Source: Octopus sinensis
Lineage: Eukaryota
Assembly (NCBI RefSeq): GCF_006345805.1
Contig: NC_043011.1
Location: 53,952,464 to 54,016,463 of the forward strand
DNA: 64,000 bases
Direction of reading: 5' to 3'
The notes under the pieces are model-generated. The model was given only the letters and a program-made list of their open reading frames with translations, did no database searches and was not told the origin of the DNA. This document shows positions 39,060-52,146 of the stretch, piece by piece. Made by a program: the position numbers and the translations under genes. Numbering within the stretch: position 1 is the stretch's first letter; each line of letters begins with the position of its first letter.

Positions 39060-40650
39060 AAAACAACACATACAGACCACACAGACCACCCCAACTACAA
39101 GAAAACCTAAGAACTGAAAATGGAATTTGGAGACGTAAACACACAACCCATTTTTTTGGGAGAGGATACTTCAACCATACTCCAGACCCAATACACCAAA
39201 AATTCCGGATGAACTCACAAAACATATACAGACCACACAGACCACCCCTACTACTACAAGAAAACCTAAGAACTGAAAATGGAATTTGGAGACGCAACAA
39301 CACAACCCAGTTTTTTGGGAGAGGATACTTCAACCATACTCCAGACCCAATACACCAAAAATTCCGGATGAACTCACAAAACACATACAGACCACACAGA
39401 CCACCCCTACTACTACAAGAAAACCTAAGAACTGAAAATGGAATTTGGAGACGCAACACACAACCCAGTTTTTTGGAGAGGATATTCAACCATACTCCAG
39501 ACCCAATACACCAAAAATTCCGGATGAACTCACAAAACATATACAGACCACCAGACCACCCCTACTACTACAAGAAAACCTAAGAACTGAAAATGGAATT
39601 TGGAGACGCAACAACACAACCCAGTTTTTTTGGAAGGATATACTTCAACCATACTCCAGACCCAATACACCAAAAATTCCGGATGAACTCACAAAACACA
39701 TACAGACCACACAGACCACCCCTATACTACAAGAAAACCTAAGAACTGAAAATGGATTTGGAGACGCAACAACACAACCCAGTTTTTTGGAGAGGATACT
39801 TCAACCATACTCCAGACCCAATACACCAAAAATTCGGATGAACTCACAAAACATATACAGACCACACAGACCACCCCTACTACTACAAGAAAACCTAAGA
39901 ACTGAAAATGGAATTTGGAGACGCAACAACACAACCCAGTTTTTTGGGAGAGGATACTTCAACCATACTCCAGACCCAATACACCAAAAATTCCGGATGA
40001 ACTCACAAAAATCACATACAGACCAACACAGACCACCCCTACTACTACAAGAAAACCTAAGAATGAAAATGGAATTGGAGACGCAACAACACAACCCAGT
40101 TTTTTGGGAGAGGATACTTCAACCATACTCCAGACCCAATACACCAAAAATTCCGGATGAACTCACAAAACACATACAGACCACACAGACCACCCCTACT
40201 ACTACAAGAAAACCTAAGAACTGAAAATGGAATTTGGAGACGCAACAACACAACCCAGTTTTTTGGGAGAGGATACTTCAACCATACTCCAGACCCAATA
40301 CACCAAAAATTCCGGATGAACTCACAAAACACATACAGACCACACAGACCACCCCTACTACTACAAGAAAACCTAAGAACTGAAAATGGAATTTGGAGAC
40401 GCAACAACACAACCCAGTTTTTTGGGAGAGGATACTTCAACCATACTCCAGACCCAATACACCAAAAATTCCGGATGAACTCACAAACACTACAGACCAC
40501 ACAGACCACCCCTACTACTACAAGAAAACCTAAGACCTGAAAATGGAATTTGGAGACGCAACAACAACCCAGTTTTTGGGAGAGGATACTTCAACCATAC
40601 TCCAGACCCAATACACCAAAATTCCGGATGAACTCACAAAACACATAGAC
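39060..40650 (+). repeat. 159-bp tandem repeat x10 inside the PLE
   Basis: The marker cggatgaactcacaaa recurs ten times at about 159-bp spacing. The unit encodes 53 aa without a stop in one frame. Confidence 0.95.
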
Positions 40651-42877
40651 CCCAAATAATAAACTTATCTAAAAGAGAACTTGATGAAAATGAAATGAAC
40701 TACTACTACTAAAAGGCCTCAAATTACACCTACACCACTCCAAACCTCATAGAACTAAAAACTGATATAGACAACTTCAGCATCATCCGCCTTATGGAAT
40801 TCTTTGAAAACAAAGAAACAGAAGATAACTCAATCATAAGAAAAAAATCCCATTTCACCCCTTTACAAGGGAAGTGACAACACCTTGACGCATACATAGA
40901 GACAATATCCAAATTCCCTCTCCACACACACAAATGCAAACAGAATCTCCGCAGAGGAGAAAAACAAGCCTTACAAAAACTAAAAAGACAAGTCAATCAT
41001 TTAAAACAAGCTGACAAAGGTGGAACAATAGTAATATGGATACAGATTACAACAAAGAAAAGATACTGGAGTTACTGAACAACCAGACATACTATAAAGA
41101 GGAACCAACACCACCGGAAGAAAGCAAAAATAAAAAAAATTAGAACTTTAGTCAATGAATACCAGGACTCCTTTACAGATAAGGAGAAAGACTATCTATG
41201 CAACTCACGAACCAAAGAAAGCAATTTTTATGGATTACCTAAAATTCATAAAAGCTCTGAAATACAGAGAGCCATAAAGGAACAGAGGAACCACTATATA
41301 GAATACAAAGGCCTGCAGACCTCACAATGAGACCAATGGTGGCAGGACCCCAGGCACCAACACAAAAACTAAGCCACTTCATAGATATACTCTCAAACCT
41401 TTATGCCCCCCACAGATACCAAGCTACATAAGGGATGACATAGACTCCTCACACACATTCCAAATACAGTCCCGAAAAACACCATACTTTGCAAGCTTTG
41501 ATGTCACAAATCTATACACAAACATACCACACACCCTAGGTCTAGAAGCTATAAAACAACCAATAGAAAAATACAGAGAACTTATAGATGAACGCTTCAA
41601 GACAAACTTTATCACCCAATCCACTCAACTAATACTCGAAGAAAATACTTTCTCATTCAACAAGACATACCGACAGATATGGGTACAAAATTTGCACCTT
41701 CATATGCCAACCTGGTGATGGGCTTCCTGGAGAACAAACTATATGATGAAATAGGGAAAGTCTTCGAACACGACTTCAAAGAAGACATCAAGAAAAAGTG
41801 GAAACGCTACCTCGATGACTGCTTCATCTTTTGGAACAGATCAGAAGAAGACCTACGAATATTCCACAACATCCTCAATACGCTGCACCCATCTATCAAC
41901 TTCACAATAGATATTAGCCACAATGAACTTCCCTTCCTAGACATCAACATCAAAATACACAACTCCATTGTCACTGCAGACATCCACTACAAAAAAACTG
42001 ACACACACCAATACTTAAATTTCCACTCCTGCCACCCATCCCACACAAAAAGAAACATCCCATATAGTATGGCAAGACGAATATGTAGCATAGTAACTGA
42101 TTCACAAATACGACTAATAAGACTAGATGAACTCAAAAACTTCCTCCTAGAGCAAAAATACCCCCTTAAACTAATAGAAATGGAATCACAAGAGCATTAA
42201 AACTAGACATCACACAACTCAGGACACCCAAAACAAAAAACAAAGAAAACACTATCCCTTTTATAAACACGCACAACCCTGGATTTACCAACATCTTTCA
42301 AACCATACATTCAAACCTACCAATAGCCTTACAAAGCCCCAAAATGAAAAACATATTAAACAAATATAGCATAAAAAACAGTAGATGACAGGACAAAAAC
42401 CTAAAGAAACACCTAACAAGAGCGAAATTCTCTTCAGAAACTAAAACGGAATTCTTTGCAAAAGAGTGCGGAGATGGTAGATGTGGGATCTGCAGCAACC
42501 CCACCTACAAATACATAGAGGGAAACAGAGAGATAAGATTTAAAAGTGGTGACATATTCAAAATAAATGCAGATATGAACTGCAAGACGCAGAACGTTAT
42601 ATACTGCATAACCTGCCCCACGTGCAAGGAGAATTACGTTGGTGAAACTGGTAATTCTTTGTGCCAGCGAGCCAGGATTCACCGACAACATATTTGGCAG
42701 GAAGAACTACGCAAAATACCATTAAGTACACACCTAGCTACGTGTGGAGAAGGAAAATTTAAGATCTTTCCCTTCTACAAATGTCCGAAGAACGACACCT
42801 GTTTCAGGAGGAATATGGAAAAATATTTCATAGCTAAGTTCTCCCCCAAATTAAATGGCTGAAACTTTACTCATCAT

Positions 42878-42916
42878 ACATTGAAGGACAAATCTTTCGA
42901 TATAGTAGAACATTTA

Positions 42917-42963
<47 letters not shown>

Positions 42964-43251
42964 GTGTGTGTGTGTGTGTGTGTATATATTGCCTGTTATA
43001 TACATGATATTATTTTTGTAATTTACTTGATCTTTACTTGCTAATTGTCATTCTAATTCTAACCTTCCTATATGCAATTTTCAAGATGGTGTAATTTGAT
43101 TGTTCATTTTGAATCGATAGAATGTGTTTTTTTCTAATATTTCATGTATAAGCATGTATATATATATAGTGACATTGAAGGACACATCTTTCGATTTACA
43201 ATCTAATATAGTAGAACATTTAGTATATGTCTGTATATGTATATATATATA

Positions 43252-43292
<41 letters not shown>

Positions 43293-43397
43293 CCTGTTAT
43301 ATACATTATATTATTTTTATAATTTACTTCATCTGTACTTTTTAACTGTCACTTTAATTTTAACTTTCCTATGATATACAATTTTCAGGATGGTATA
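42878..43397 (+). repeat. Diverged tandem duplication of the PLE 3' end (pLTR-like)
   Basis: acattgaaggac...(TA)n...tattgcctgttatatac...caattttca.gatggt occurs at about 42878-43093 and 43152-43397. Confidence 0.75.
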
Positions 43398-43443
43398 TAC
43401 AGGTGCTTACAATTATCAAGTACTCACCCTGAATTTTTATATT

Positions 43444-43477
<34 letters not shown>

Positions 43478-43752
43478 AGATCCACTACATCTTGACAACC
43501 GGTGCTGGTTTATTTATGTCTTCCTAACTTGGTGGTTCAGCAACAGACTTAAAAAAGATATGTACTGGGGTAGATTCGTTCGACTAAAACTCTCCAAGGC
43601 GGTGCTCCAGCATGGCCGCAGTCTAATGATGGAAACAAGCAAAAGAAATAAAGAAAGACTTCGTCGTTTTTTTTCCATCCTGATTTCCTTTGCTTTAAAA
43701 CAAATAAAAACAACGTGTGAAGTGTTATTATATTCAGTGCGGACCTATTCTA

Positions 43753-43766
43753 GTTGCTATGACAAC
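43753..43766 (+). promoter_or_regulatory. RFX X-box, probable CFAP298 promoter
   Basis: GTTGCTATGACAAC closely matches the X-box palindrome GTTGCCATGGCAAC. It lies in CpG-retaining unique sequence ~90 bp before a consensus splice donor, upstream of a cilia gene. Confidence 0.7.
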
Positions 43767-43856
43767 AGACAGCGCTGCGACGTTTTATGGCAAACTGTCG
43801 TGTCCTGACAGGTTTTCTAGCCACAAGGAAATATACCAGGATTTCTCTTCGGTCAG
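43767..43856 (+). other. CFAP298: Putative non-coding first exon of CFAP298 (start approximate)
   Basis: Ends in consensus donor CAG|GTAAGT. The first coding exon has an acceptor 6 nt before the ATG, so an upstream UTR exon is required. Confidence 0.55.
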
Positions 43857-44318
43857 GTAAGTAACGTTTATTTAAATCATAAATGAAAAATTTGAATACG
43901 AAATGAGATAAAAATTGTTTTTATAGTCACGAAAAAACTTGCAAGATCACTTTGAAAATGAAAAGAAACAAGAAAATTGTTTTAAATATTTAATATTTTC
44001 GTAATTACGTAGAACTTTAATAAAAAGAAAAAAAATGTGTCGATCGAGAACCTTCTACTTTCGTTATCTCAAATCCTGCCAAAAGTTACATACACACACA
44101 CACACACACATTATTACATACATACGATACACACAATTGCATTCTTTGATGTACATTATTTCTTTTATTTCGTTCGTCTCTCGTAATTCTCTGCTGTTCC
44201 ACCAAGTTTTTTTCTCGTTTTGTGTGTTCGTTCAAACAACAAACAAATAATTTACTTATTCCACTCCCCCCCCCCGCTTTACGTATGCTAATAACATCAT
44301 CAACCCGACATTCTAAAC

Positions 44319-44498
44319 CAGTGCTTTTCAAACTTTTTTGCTGGAGCGGAACCCCAAGGAAACATTCCACTGGCTCGAGGAACCCCTGTGCAATAATTTA
44401 ATAGTCTTATGCACACATATCTGCACAGGAGAATTAAAAATTACTGCCGATTTTAGCAGTTTTGTAACTTCTTGCGGAACCCTGGTTGAAAACCACTG
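44319..44498. mobile_element. hAT-type MITE
   Basis: TIRs cagtgcttttcaa/ttgaaaaccactg and a perfect 8-bp TSD ttctaaac (44311-44318, 44499-44506). Confidence 0.9.
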
Positions 44499-45439
44499 TT
44501 CTAAACCCTTAATATTTCCATTACTTACATTCGTGGTCAGACTTCACAGCCGTGTATATCTATCTATCTATCTGTCTCTCTTAAGAGTTCTTCCTTCATG
44601 TCGTCTCTGTGATGACCAGGTTATCAACTTTACACTTTGTCGGTCCTGAAGTCGATCATTAGACCTATTTTCGCATGAAATCCGCAATTATAGTGGGGTC
44701 ACGTAGTAGCAGAGCCAGGACCCGATAGGACTTGCTTTCCGTGCAGCCCACCACCCTATCATTCGTTAGGATCTCTGGTCACATCAGAGGACACACCGCT
44801 ATGCCAAACTGAGCGATCTTGAGCAAGACGCTTTAAGTATACATACATATATACATAAACTTATACAGGAGTTCAGGACAGGGCAGGGCAAAAGAGAAAA
44901 GCGGCTGCAAACATACCGCCTGCACTGACCCATAATCCTCATACTCGTAACATCTAATGTGGCATTAGAGTCCCGCCAACGATTTGCAAAAGAAGCCCGT
45001 TCTGATGTTTATTTTAGTGGGGTTATCACCTAGAGCAAGCAGTTGGGTTTCCTCAGTAAAAATTGGTGACTAGTCTGCTAACTCACCCTAAATATGCTTT
45101 ATGATTGACAAGGAAACTGTAGGTTGTGTCGGTTCCTCATACGTCGAAATAGACGAGTGAATCCATCACACACACACATATATACATTACCACTTCCATA
45201 TCCTGATCATAAACCAAAAGAATAATGTGTGTGTGTGTACTCTATTTTTTTGTTGTTTTTAAAAAAATGTCCAGTTCCTTTGGTTTGTGTCTATGTTTTC
45301 GTTTCTCATTGTGTTCGACGTCCCTTTGGTGTCCTGTACTCATATATGCGTGTATATGTTCATGTAGAGGTAGGTACGTACATATATGTTTATATATATG
45401 CATATGTTTTATTTCATTTATTAATATATATATATATAT

Positions 45440-45473
<34 letters not shown>

Positions 45474-47807
45474 ATATATATATTCACACACACGTTATTC
45501 TTTTGGCTGCTAAGAATATGGAAGTGGCAATGTTTTTTATATTCACTGGTCTCGAGGTGGACCTGTCGACTAGGTAAACCTACCCTCATTGTTTACCAAA
45601 AATTTCTTTGGGTTCTTATGAAATATACATTCAAACAATGATGTTATCTTGAACTATATTAGCCAATGTATCTATTAATTTTTATTCAATTGCATATGTG
45701 TGTGATTATCTTATCTACACGTTTGTTTCTTCATCTGCACACACACACAGAAACACACACTTGTGTGTTGAAGTGTCCGTTGAAGAGAATTCGATATATG
45801 AATGCTGTCGAAATTATCCTCTTGCATCTATAAAGCTAATAAAATATTTTAATTACTTTTGCCTCTGGAATTAATTCTGTTTGAGGGTCGAATGTTTAGT
45901 TAGTATAAACAAAATATAGTCGAAGTCAACATAAGATTGTTGTTAGTTTTTAATCAATTCATGCTGAGATCCGTTTCCAGCTTCTCTCATTCTAGGAATT
46001 AGCTTCTTTTAAAGAACAACACACAGGGACATATTAATCGATTGATTATATCAATCTCCTATTTATTTTCCCGAATGATCGATAGTACAAAAAGCAAACT
46101 GAATCGACTTGTGATTGGACTCATGAGTCCAGCATTCAGCTGGTCGGTTGACTAAACTACTTCTCTTGAAATTCACCTGTGTTTATGGACCCCCAAAATC
46201 ACGAAAGACAACGATCACCTCTTTAGTAGAACCAACTCTACTAAATTTACTGCTTTGAATCTCTGTGAAACTCAGCATAACTTCGCAAGTGCGACTATCC
46301 CCGATTTATTTCCTCATAGCTTTCAGAGAAATGAATATTTTTAAATGAAATTTTCTACAAATACCTTTTAGATAGATAGGTGTAGATTACGATTATTTCG
46401 AAATTCAATGTGAAAGTAATAAAGAATTGGTGGGTACGAACCACAAACGTACTGACACGCATTTCAATTTTATTCAAAATTCTGAGTGTATATATGGGCG
46501 GACGTAAAGAATGTGGACTGCACCCCCCTTTAGGGTTTTTTTTTTTTAATATACAGAACCCCCCATTCTCGAGTACGGAGATTCTGATTCTGCAAAACCC
46601 AACAAAAAAAACAGCATTTTAAAATTTTAATTCCCCCCACCAACCCTCCAGATTCTTCAATTTTTCACTTTTTTCAGAAATTTATTTTTGCGAAATATGT
46701 AAAAAAAAATACGGAGATATTTCGATATAATCATAATCTATGGCATCTGAAAGGTATATATAGAATATTTCATTAAAAAAAAAAAAATCAAATTTTCTTT
46801 TGAAAGTTGTGAGGGAACACGGTCGCGGGTAGGCACTCTTGTGTAGGTAGGCTCTAAAACCAAGCATAGAAACACCTGCTTTTATTATTCCTTGTTTTGT
46901 GCATTAAAAACCCCCATTATTCCTTATTTTGTCCGATGTTTGCCGTGTTTGGGGCTACGATGGTAACTCGGGGCTTTACATAGCTTTGCCATTAATGTTG
47001 TTAACACGACTAACTATTTTGAAGTGTTCGATGTTATTGTTATTGTTGTTATATGTTATTGTTGCTTATTTAGCACTGATAAATACGCCTATAATCAAAG
47101 GCAGTCCAAGCATGACCATCCCGCTTTCCTTTTCAGCCTGTGTATCTAAAATTACGTTATCCAATGTGTCATTGATTCCGTTGTTTTTAAACAGTAACGT
47201 GTGATTTCAAAGTTATATGTGTAGCTGCTATTTTCAGTAAATTCATTGACCACGTAGAGACACCTTGGAAGATTCAGGTGATCTTTCAAAAGGAAATGAA
47301 ACACAATATCTATTTACGAAAAGTTACCTTAAATTATTATTTCGAATGGCTGTTGGTATTTAAGAATTATAAATAGTTTTAAAATTAATATCGATAATTA
47401 TCCAGAACCATTTACGACATTTACTAATTTGTGGCAGTCCTTAGTAACACTTATTTATGGCTGAATGTCGTTTAAAGAATTTTCGGCTGGCAGCCAATTC
47501 CTTTCGATGTTTTAGCATCATTTGGGGTTGATGCAATTCTATCGTCGTCGTTGTATAAACTCTGTGTCGTCCCTGATCTAGAAGACTTACAGTAAAAGAT
47601 TTTTCAGCTCTGATCATCTCATACTCTTTTACTCTTTTACTTGTCTCAGTCATTTGACTGCGGCCATGCTGGAGCACCGCCTTTAATCGGGACTTATTCT
47701 TTTGTAAGCCCAGTACTTATTCTATCGGTATCTTTTACCGAACCGCTAAGTAACGGGGACATAAATACACCAGCATCAGTTGTCAAGCAATGTTGGGGAG
47801 ACAAACA

Positions 47808-47853
<46 letters not shown>

Positions 47854-49819
47854 CATATACATATATACGACGGGCTTCTTTCAGTTTCCGTCTGCCAAAT
47901 CCACTCACAAGGCTTTGGTCGGCCCGAGGCTATAGTAGAAGACACTTGCCCAAGGTGCTACGCAGTGGGACTGAACCCGGAGCCATGTGGTTGGTAAGCA
48001 AGCTACTTACCACACAGCCACTCCTGCGCCTATCTTTTTTTTTTCATTTTGTTCGCCTTTTTTAATGATGGTAGGATGATCTGAGGTATATTCGGTTACT
48101 GTTTCTAACAAATCTAGCGACTACGCAGACCTTGCTTTGTTGGTTTGAAAAAACTCCCGTTTCGTGCACAACGGAATTCTTTTTTTACGTTGCTATGTAA
48201 ACATGTCACGTGACCCTACTGGCCTCATCGTGTCATCCTTTGTTTGTGATCCATTCATGTCGGTCTGCCGACGTGGAAGTTCTATATAGTTGGTCGATAT
48301 GCTAGAAATAGTAGTCCAACCTCAGTTGAATCCCAAACAGAAGAGAATACATTTAGTATAGTGATTCTAGGTGCACCGTGTCTAGAGAAAAATTACTGAA
48401 TGGTCTTGACAGGAATGCTTTTAATCAAAGATCTGCTCAATCAGAGCAGACCTTTTTTTGAAGTCAGTTTCCACGGATGTAAACTTATATCGTACTCACG
48501 ACTCTTCCAACACTTACTGGATGTCATAGGTCAGGCCAGGCCAAGCGTTGGAGAATGTGCCGTTGTTGCGCTTTGCTGCGTTTACCATTGTGTCGGTATA
48601 TTTCCAGGTCCTTCAAGGCGACCCGCCGAGTTAAGCCCCTTATCTGCCGTGACCACGTAGCTTGTGGATCGACCAACGCAAGACGTCAACTGAGGCCAGA
48701 TAATAAGTGAAGAGAACACGGTAAGCAGGGTCTGACTCGGAAAATCGACCAACGTGACCAAACAGTCTGAGCTGGCGCTCCCGAATCATACAACTGTTTT
48801 CTCTCTTCTTAACTGGCACTCTGTCGGTTACCACAACGAGGGTTCTTCCAGTTGATTCGATTAACGGAACAGCCTACTCGTGAAATTAAAGAATACGTAT
48901 TTCTTTACTACCCACAAGGGGCTAAACACAGAGGGGACAAACAAGGACAGACAAACGAATTAAGTCGATTATATCGATCCCCAGTGCGTAGCTGGTACTT
49001 ATTTAATCGACCTCGAAAGGATGAAAGGCAAAGTCGACCTCGGCGGATTTTGAACTCAACATAATGACGGACGAAATGCCGCTAAGCATTTGGTTCTACG
49101 TGCTAACGATTCTGCTAGCTCGCGGTCTTTTAATAAACAAATAAATAAATAAATAGATAAATTAAAACTTAAAACAAAAACTTCCTTGATTAAAGTGTAA
49201 CGAAAGATAACCCTTTACAAATATATCTCAGATAGTATAGATTAAATAGCAGACTGGAATTTGTTGTGATTTTTTCCCCCCAAGAGAAGTTTTGGATATT
49301 TTGATGATGCAGACAACAATTATTTTCGGGGAGGGGGGACTTTTGTAAATTATTCCAACGTAGGAGCATTCCGGAATTTGTTAAATGAATATATTTAAAT
49401 AAACTGAACCCTGTTGGATGAAAAGCGTATCAGGCTTGCACTCTTTCGATAAGAGGCTCTGAGAAGGCTGCTATATAAATCTTACAATCACAGTTGAAGA
49501 ATATGAATTCTACCCTTTCGTAATTTTGCAATTTGGCTGTTATGTTGGTTTGAGTACACGAAATCGTGCTGTTAGTGTCAGGTGTTGACTTCAACGGCGC
49601 TCACATGACAATTGTTTACGAAGTTACCCAAGGTACTTTAACGATAACAATGTAGAAATTGTGCGTGCGCGCGCGTGCGTTGTGTGTGTGTGTGTGAGGG
49701 GAAGAGAATGAAACATCGTGACACGATTGTCATACTCTTAGATACCAAAAACAGCAGAAAACACTTGAAAATCGTGATTTAAAAAAAGGTACAAGAAATA
49801 AGAAATAAAAACAACTACA

Positions 49820-49827
49820 TATATGTA

Positions 49828-49863
<36 letters not shown>

Positions 49864-50008
49864 ATATATATATATATTATATATATATATACATGTACAT
49901 ATATATATATAATATATATATATATATTATATATATATATATGTACATGTATATATATATATATATATTATAATATATATATATATTATATATATATATG
50001 TACATGTA

Positions 50009-50054
<46 letters not shown>

Positions 50055-50442
50055 ATGTACATGTATATATATATATTATATATATAATATATAATATATA
50101 TACATATATACATGTACATATATATATATATATATATATCTATATATATATATACATATATACATGTACATATATATATATATAATATATATATATATAT
50201 TATATATATTATATATATATATACATGTACATATATCTATATATATATATATACATGTACATATATATATATATATATATACATATACATGTACATATAT
50301 ATGTACATGTATATATATATATATACATATACATGTACATATATCTATATATATATATACATATACATGTACATATATATATATTATAATATATATATAT
50401 ATATATCTATATATATATTACATGTACATATATATATATACA

Positions 50443-50483
<41 letters not shown>

Positions 50484-50510
50484 TATATATATACATATAT
50501 ACATGTACAT

Positions 50511-50546
<36 letters not shown>

Positions 50547-50885
50547 ATACATATATATACATGTACAATATATATATATATATAATGTACATATATATAT
50601 ATATATACATATATCTATATATATATATATATAATAATATATATATATATATATATATTATAATATATATATATACATGTACATATATAATATATATATG
50701 TACATGTATATATATATATATATACATGTACATATATAATATATATATATAATATACATGTACATATATAATATATATATATAATATACATGTACATATA
50801 TAATATATATATATAATATACATGTACATATATAATATATATATATAATATACATGTACATATATAATATATATATATACATGTC

Positions 50886-50916
<31 letters not shown>

Positions 50917-50943
50917 TGTATATATGTATATATATATATTATA

Positions 50944-50989
<46 letters not shown>

Positions 50990-51013
50990 ATATATATATT
51001 ATATATATATATA
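49820..51013. repeat. 1.2-kb (TA)n satellite with interspersed catgtac units
   Basis: Directly visible. Confidence 0.95.
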
Positions 51014-51627
51014 AATAACTGTCTTCCCCCCTTTCTATTGTCAGCTTATTCGTCGTGTACAAGCATTTCCTTCACATTTCCAATTTAAATTCTATTCTTT
51101 GATTGTAGAAACTGTTGTTTTACTGATATTTCATGAGGTGAATAATATTGTTTCTTCAGACACAAGATCTTCACCATAAAGATGGTATTTCTTTCCCAAT
51201 TCAATTGTGCATCATCATCATCATTTAACGCCCGTTTTTTCATGCCGGCATGGGTTGGATGGCTTGATAAGAACTGGCAAGGTCAGGGGCCGCACCAGGT
51301 TCGATGGTCTGTTTTGACTTAGTTCCTACAGCTGGATGCCCTTCCAGTTCCAACCACTTTACAGAGTGTACTGGGTGCTTTTTATGTGGCACCAGCACCA
51401 GTGCCTTTTACATGGCACCTTGGTTTTAGAGTCTCAATTCTGTTGTGTTGAATGGGTTTTCTGAGTACAACAATGCACCAAGGAGAGGGAGTGAGAAATG
51501 AAGAACCCTTCTGTGTGGAGGTGTTAGTCATTGATTGATTGGTCGTATTTCCAGAAGATTTGATTCCTAGTTTCGTTTTTGGATTTGGTTTGCAAGATTC
51601 TTTATATGAGTTCGTGTGTTGAAGCAT

Positions 51628-52146
51628 ATTTTGTTGTGTCTGGGGAGAGTCATTTTCTTTCTGTGCCTTATAATATAACACACTCACCGGTAAAATTTCC
51701 ACTTTTTACTTGTTTTTATTTTCCTAAAATTTTCGTTGTGTCTTCTATTGAAAAAGTTGCAAGACGCAACGGAAATTTTAGGAAAATAAAAATAAGAAAA
51801 AAGTGGAAATTTTACTGGTGAGTGTGTTATATTATATATTTTTTTACTGCCCACAAGGGGCTAAACATAGAGGGGACAACAAACAAGGACAGACAAAGGG
51901 ATTAAGTCGATTACATCGACCCCAGTGCGTAACTGGTACTTATTTAATCGACCCCAAAAGGATGAAAGGCAAAGTCGACCTCGGTGGAATTTGAACTTGG
52001 AACGTAATGACAGACGAAATACGGCTACGCATTTCGCCCGGCGTGCTAACGTTTCTGCCAGATCGCCACCTTGACCAGCTCGCCACCTTAGTGTGTTATA
52101 TCATAAGGCACAAAAAGAAAATGACTCTCCCCAGACACAACAGAAT
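51628..52146. repeat. Foldback element split by a SINE B insertion
   Basis: Left arm ~51628-51744 pairs with ~51761-51836 plus 52090-52146. The SINE is flanked by a 16-bp TSD agtgtgttata(t/c)ata. Confidence 0.8.

Larger units (their letters stand above)
37513..43440 (+). mobile_element. Penelope-like retroelement, Neptune type, near full length, frameshifted
   Basis: N-terminal ORF 37823-38758; RT motifs ADKGG, FYGLPKIHK, SFDVTNLYTNIP, MGTKFAPSYANL and RYLDDCF (about 41000-42200); Cys linker CGDGRCGIC (~42466); GIY-YIG NVIYCITCPTCKENYVGET (42575-42862); flanked by (TA)n. Confidence 0.92.

Noticed and set aside
39060-40650. 159-bp repeats as tandem hammerhead/retrozyme units
   Set aside because: No CUGANGA...GAAA core with stems found on either strand.
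49831-51062. Tyr/Ile-rich ORFs
   Set aside because: Translation of (TA)n satellite.
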